In this document: piece after piece, positions 63,123 to 64,000 of the stretch
Layout of the letters: each line of letters begins with the position of its first letter
Position numbering within the stretch: the stretch's first letter is position 1
Virus record (IMG/VR): IMGVR_UViG_3300028833_000053
Length of the DNA stretch: 64,000 bases
Source of the DNA: a virus
Taxonomy: Duplodnaviria > Caudoviricetes
Strand: one strand, 5' to 3'
The notes under the pieces: model-generated
Database searches by the model: none
Seen by the model: only the letters and a program-made list of their open reading frames with translations
What the model was told of the DNA's origin: nothing
Position numbers and translations under genes: made by a program

Positions 63123-63401
63123 TTAATGGTTGTTTGACCACTTTATGAATTCGGGATCCAACATGCACATGGTGTCGTAGAGGCTGCGGACGCATTCCTC
63201 ATCGTTGTCATATCCCTCCACGTTGTGTTCATCGTCATAGCCGTAGAACTCAACGCACTTCAATCCGTTGTGAAGCCCGTCACAGTAGTTCGCTTCAATC
63301 TCGGGCGCACCATACTTCTCGTAGTACCGATTGTAGGTGTCGCAGTCCACTATGAAACTGGACGAACTTGAATTGCTCACATAGTCGTTTCTCAGTTTCA
63401 T
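63123..63401 (-). CDS. SNSSSSSF-tag protein 1 (92 aa)
   Basis: Starts MKLRNDYVSNSSSSSFIV. Confidence 0.85.
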   Translation of the reverse strand: MKLRNDYVSNSSSSSFIVDCDTYNRYYEKYGAPEIEANYCDGLHNGLKCVEFYGYDDEHNVEGYDNDEECVRSLYDTMCMLDPEFIKWSNNH

Positions 63402-63694
63402 TGCTGCAAAGCCTTTCCAAAGTATTCCTTGATTTCCTTCTTCACCTTGCCCCACACGTCCGACAAGTCTCTATTTCTCCTCAGATTCTCGTTGCTCCAT
63501 CCATAGGGGTCAATGTCAACGTTGAACTCGTTGTCAACGCAATCTATGTCAAAGCCCTCTACGCCAGACAAGCCACAACATTCCTCGAAGAACCCAACCA
63601 ACTCATCCAAGAGTTCATCAACAGAGGAAACAACAAGCGTGTCCTCCGCGTCTGCGCAATTGTCTGCCCAATAGCAATTCACATTGAATGTCAT
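63398..63694 (-). CDS. Acidic hypothetical protein
   Basis: AAGGAG RBS, ATGA overlap with the next gene. Confidence 0.65.
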   Translation of the reverse strand: MTFNVNCYWADNCADAEDTLVVSSVDELLDELVGFFEECCGLSGVEGFDIDCVDNEFNVDIDPYGWSNENLRRNRDLSDVWGKVKKEIKEYFGKALQQ

Positions 63695-63712
63695 TGTATT
63701 TTCTCCTTTATT

Positions 63713-64000
63713 TCAACCGTTGTCGTTGCCACCGCGGATGTAGGACTCCTTGAAGCGGAGGAAATCGTACAAGGCATCCTCGGACTCAAACATTTCCATG
63801 CAGCTGCCCTCGGACGAAGCCGACTGGTGGTCGATGTAGAACTCATCGTCAATGCAAGTCCAGGCGTGGTAGCCCTTCTCCTCATCGTGGAAAATCTTCG
63901 TCTTGATGGCATCGGCGTTCAGCTTGACGTTGAAGTGAAACTTCTCCTTGCAGACCTTCCGAAGCATGTTCATAGAGACGGTCAAAGTCCTTGCCAGTGA
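63713..64000 (-). CDS. Hypothetical protein, probably starting beyond the window edge
   Basis: Open frame ending ...YIRGGNDNG. Confidence 0.5.
   Translation of the reverse strand, partial: SLARTLTVSMNMLRKVCKEKFHFNVKLNADAIKTKIFHDEEKGYHAWTCIDDEFYIDHQSASSEGSCMEMFESEDALYDFLRFKESYIRGGNDNG

Noticed and set aside
61613-63401. CRISPR-like or recombination-cassette DNA repeat at the SNSSSSSF gene starts
   Set aside because: Copies differ at synonymous positions and the spacers are coding; no cas gene or recombinase seen

Overview
A 64-kb piece of a large, T4-like (jumbo) phage genome that reads TAG as a sense codon, most likely Gln (translation table 15). Many ORF-track fragments join into full genes across in-frame TAG. 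Layout: (1) 1-5.3 kb, small genes, a TAG-recoded ADP-ribosyltransferase-like gene and a probable lysis pair. (2) 5.4-20 kb, a giant non-coding operon with about 39 canonical tRNAs covering all 20 amino acids, many non-canonical tRNA-like or structured RNAs, and three inserted endonuclease genes. It has rRNA-operon-like controls: tandem sigma70 promoters, boxA-like elements, and an 18-nt leader motif whose exact reverse complement lies 14.4 kb away just before the final terminator. (3) 20-31 kb and 47-52 kb, dense early/accessory genes with several paralog families, a DNA methyltransferase, a metallophosphoesterase, a deaminase and an HEXXH-vWA protein. (4) 31-47 kb and 52-61 kb, late genes behind a GTAAATA motif: prohead protease, gp15-like, gp14-like, baseplate-hub-like, portal, a ClpP-like protease and two TAG-rich glycosylation clusters (Stealth, glycosyltransferases, radical SAM). 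(5) 60.8-63.4 kb, five tandem genes sharing an N-terminal MKxRxDYVSNSSSSSF tag. All calls come from manual reading and motif recognition; no searches or folding programs were run.
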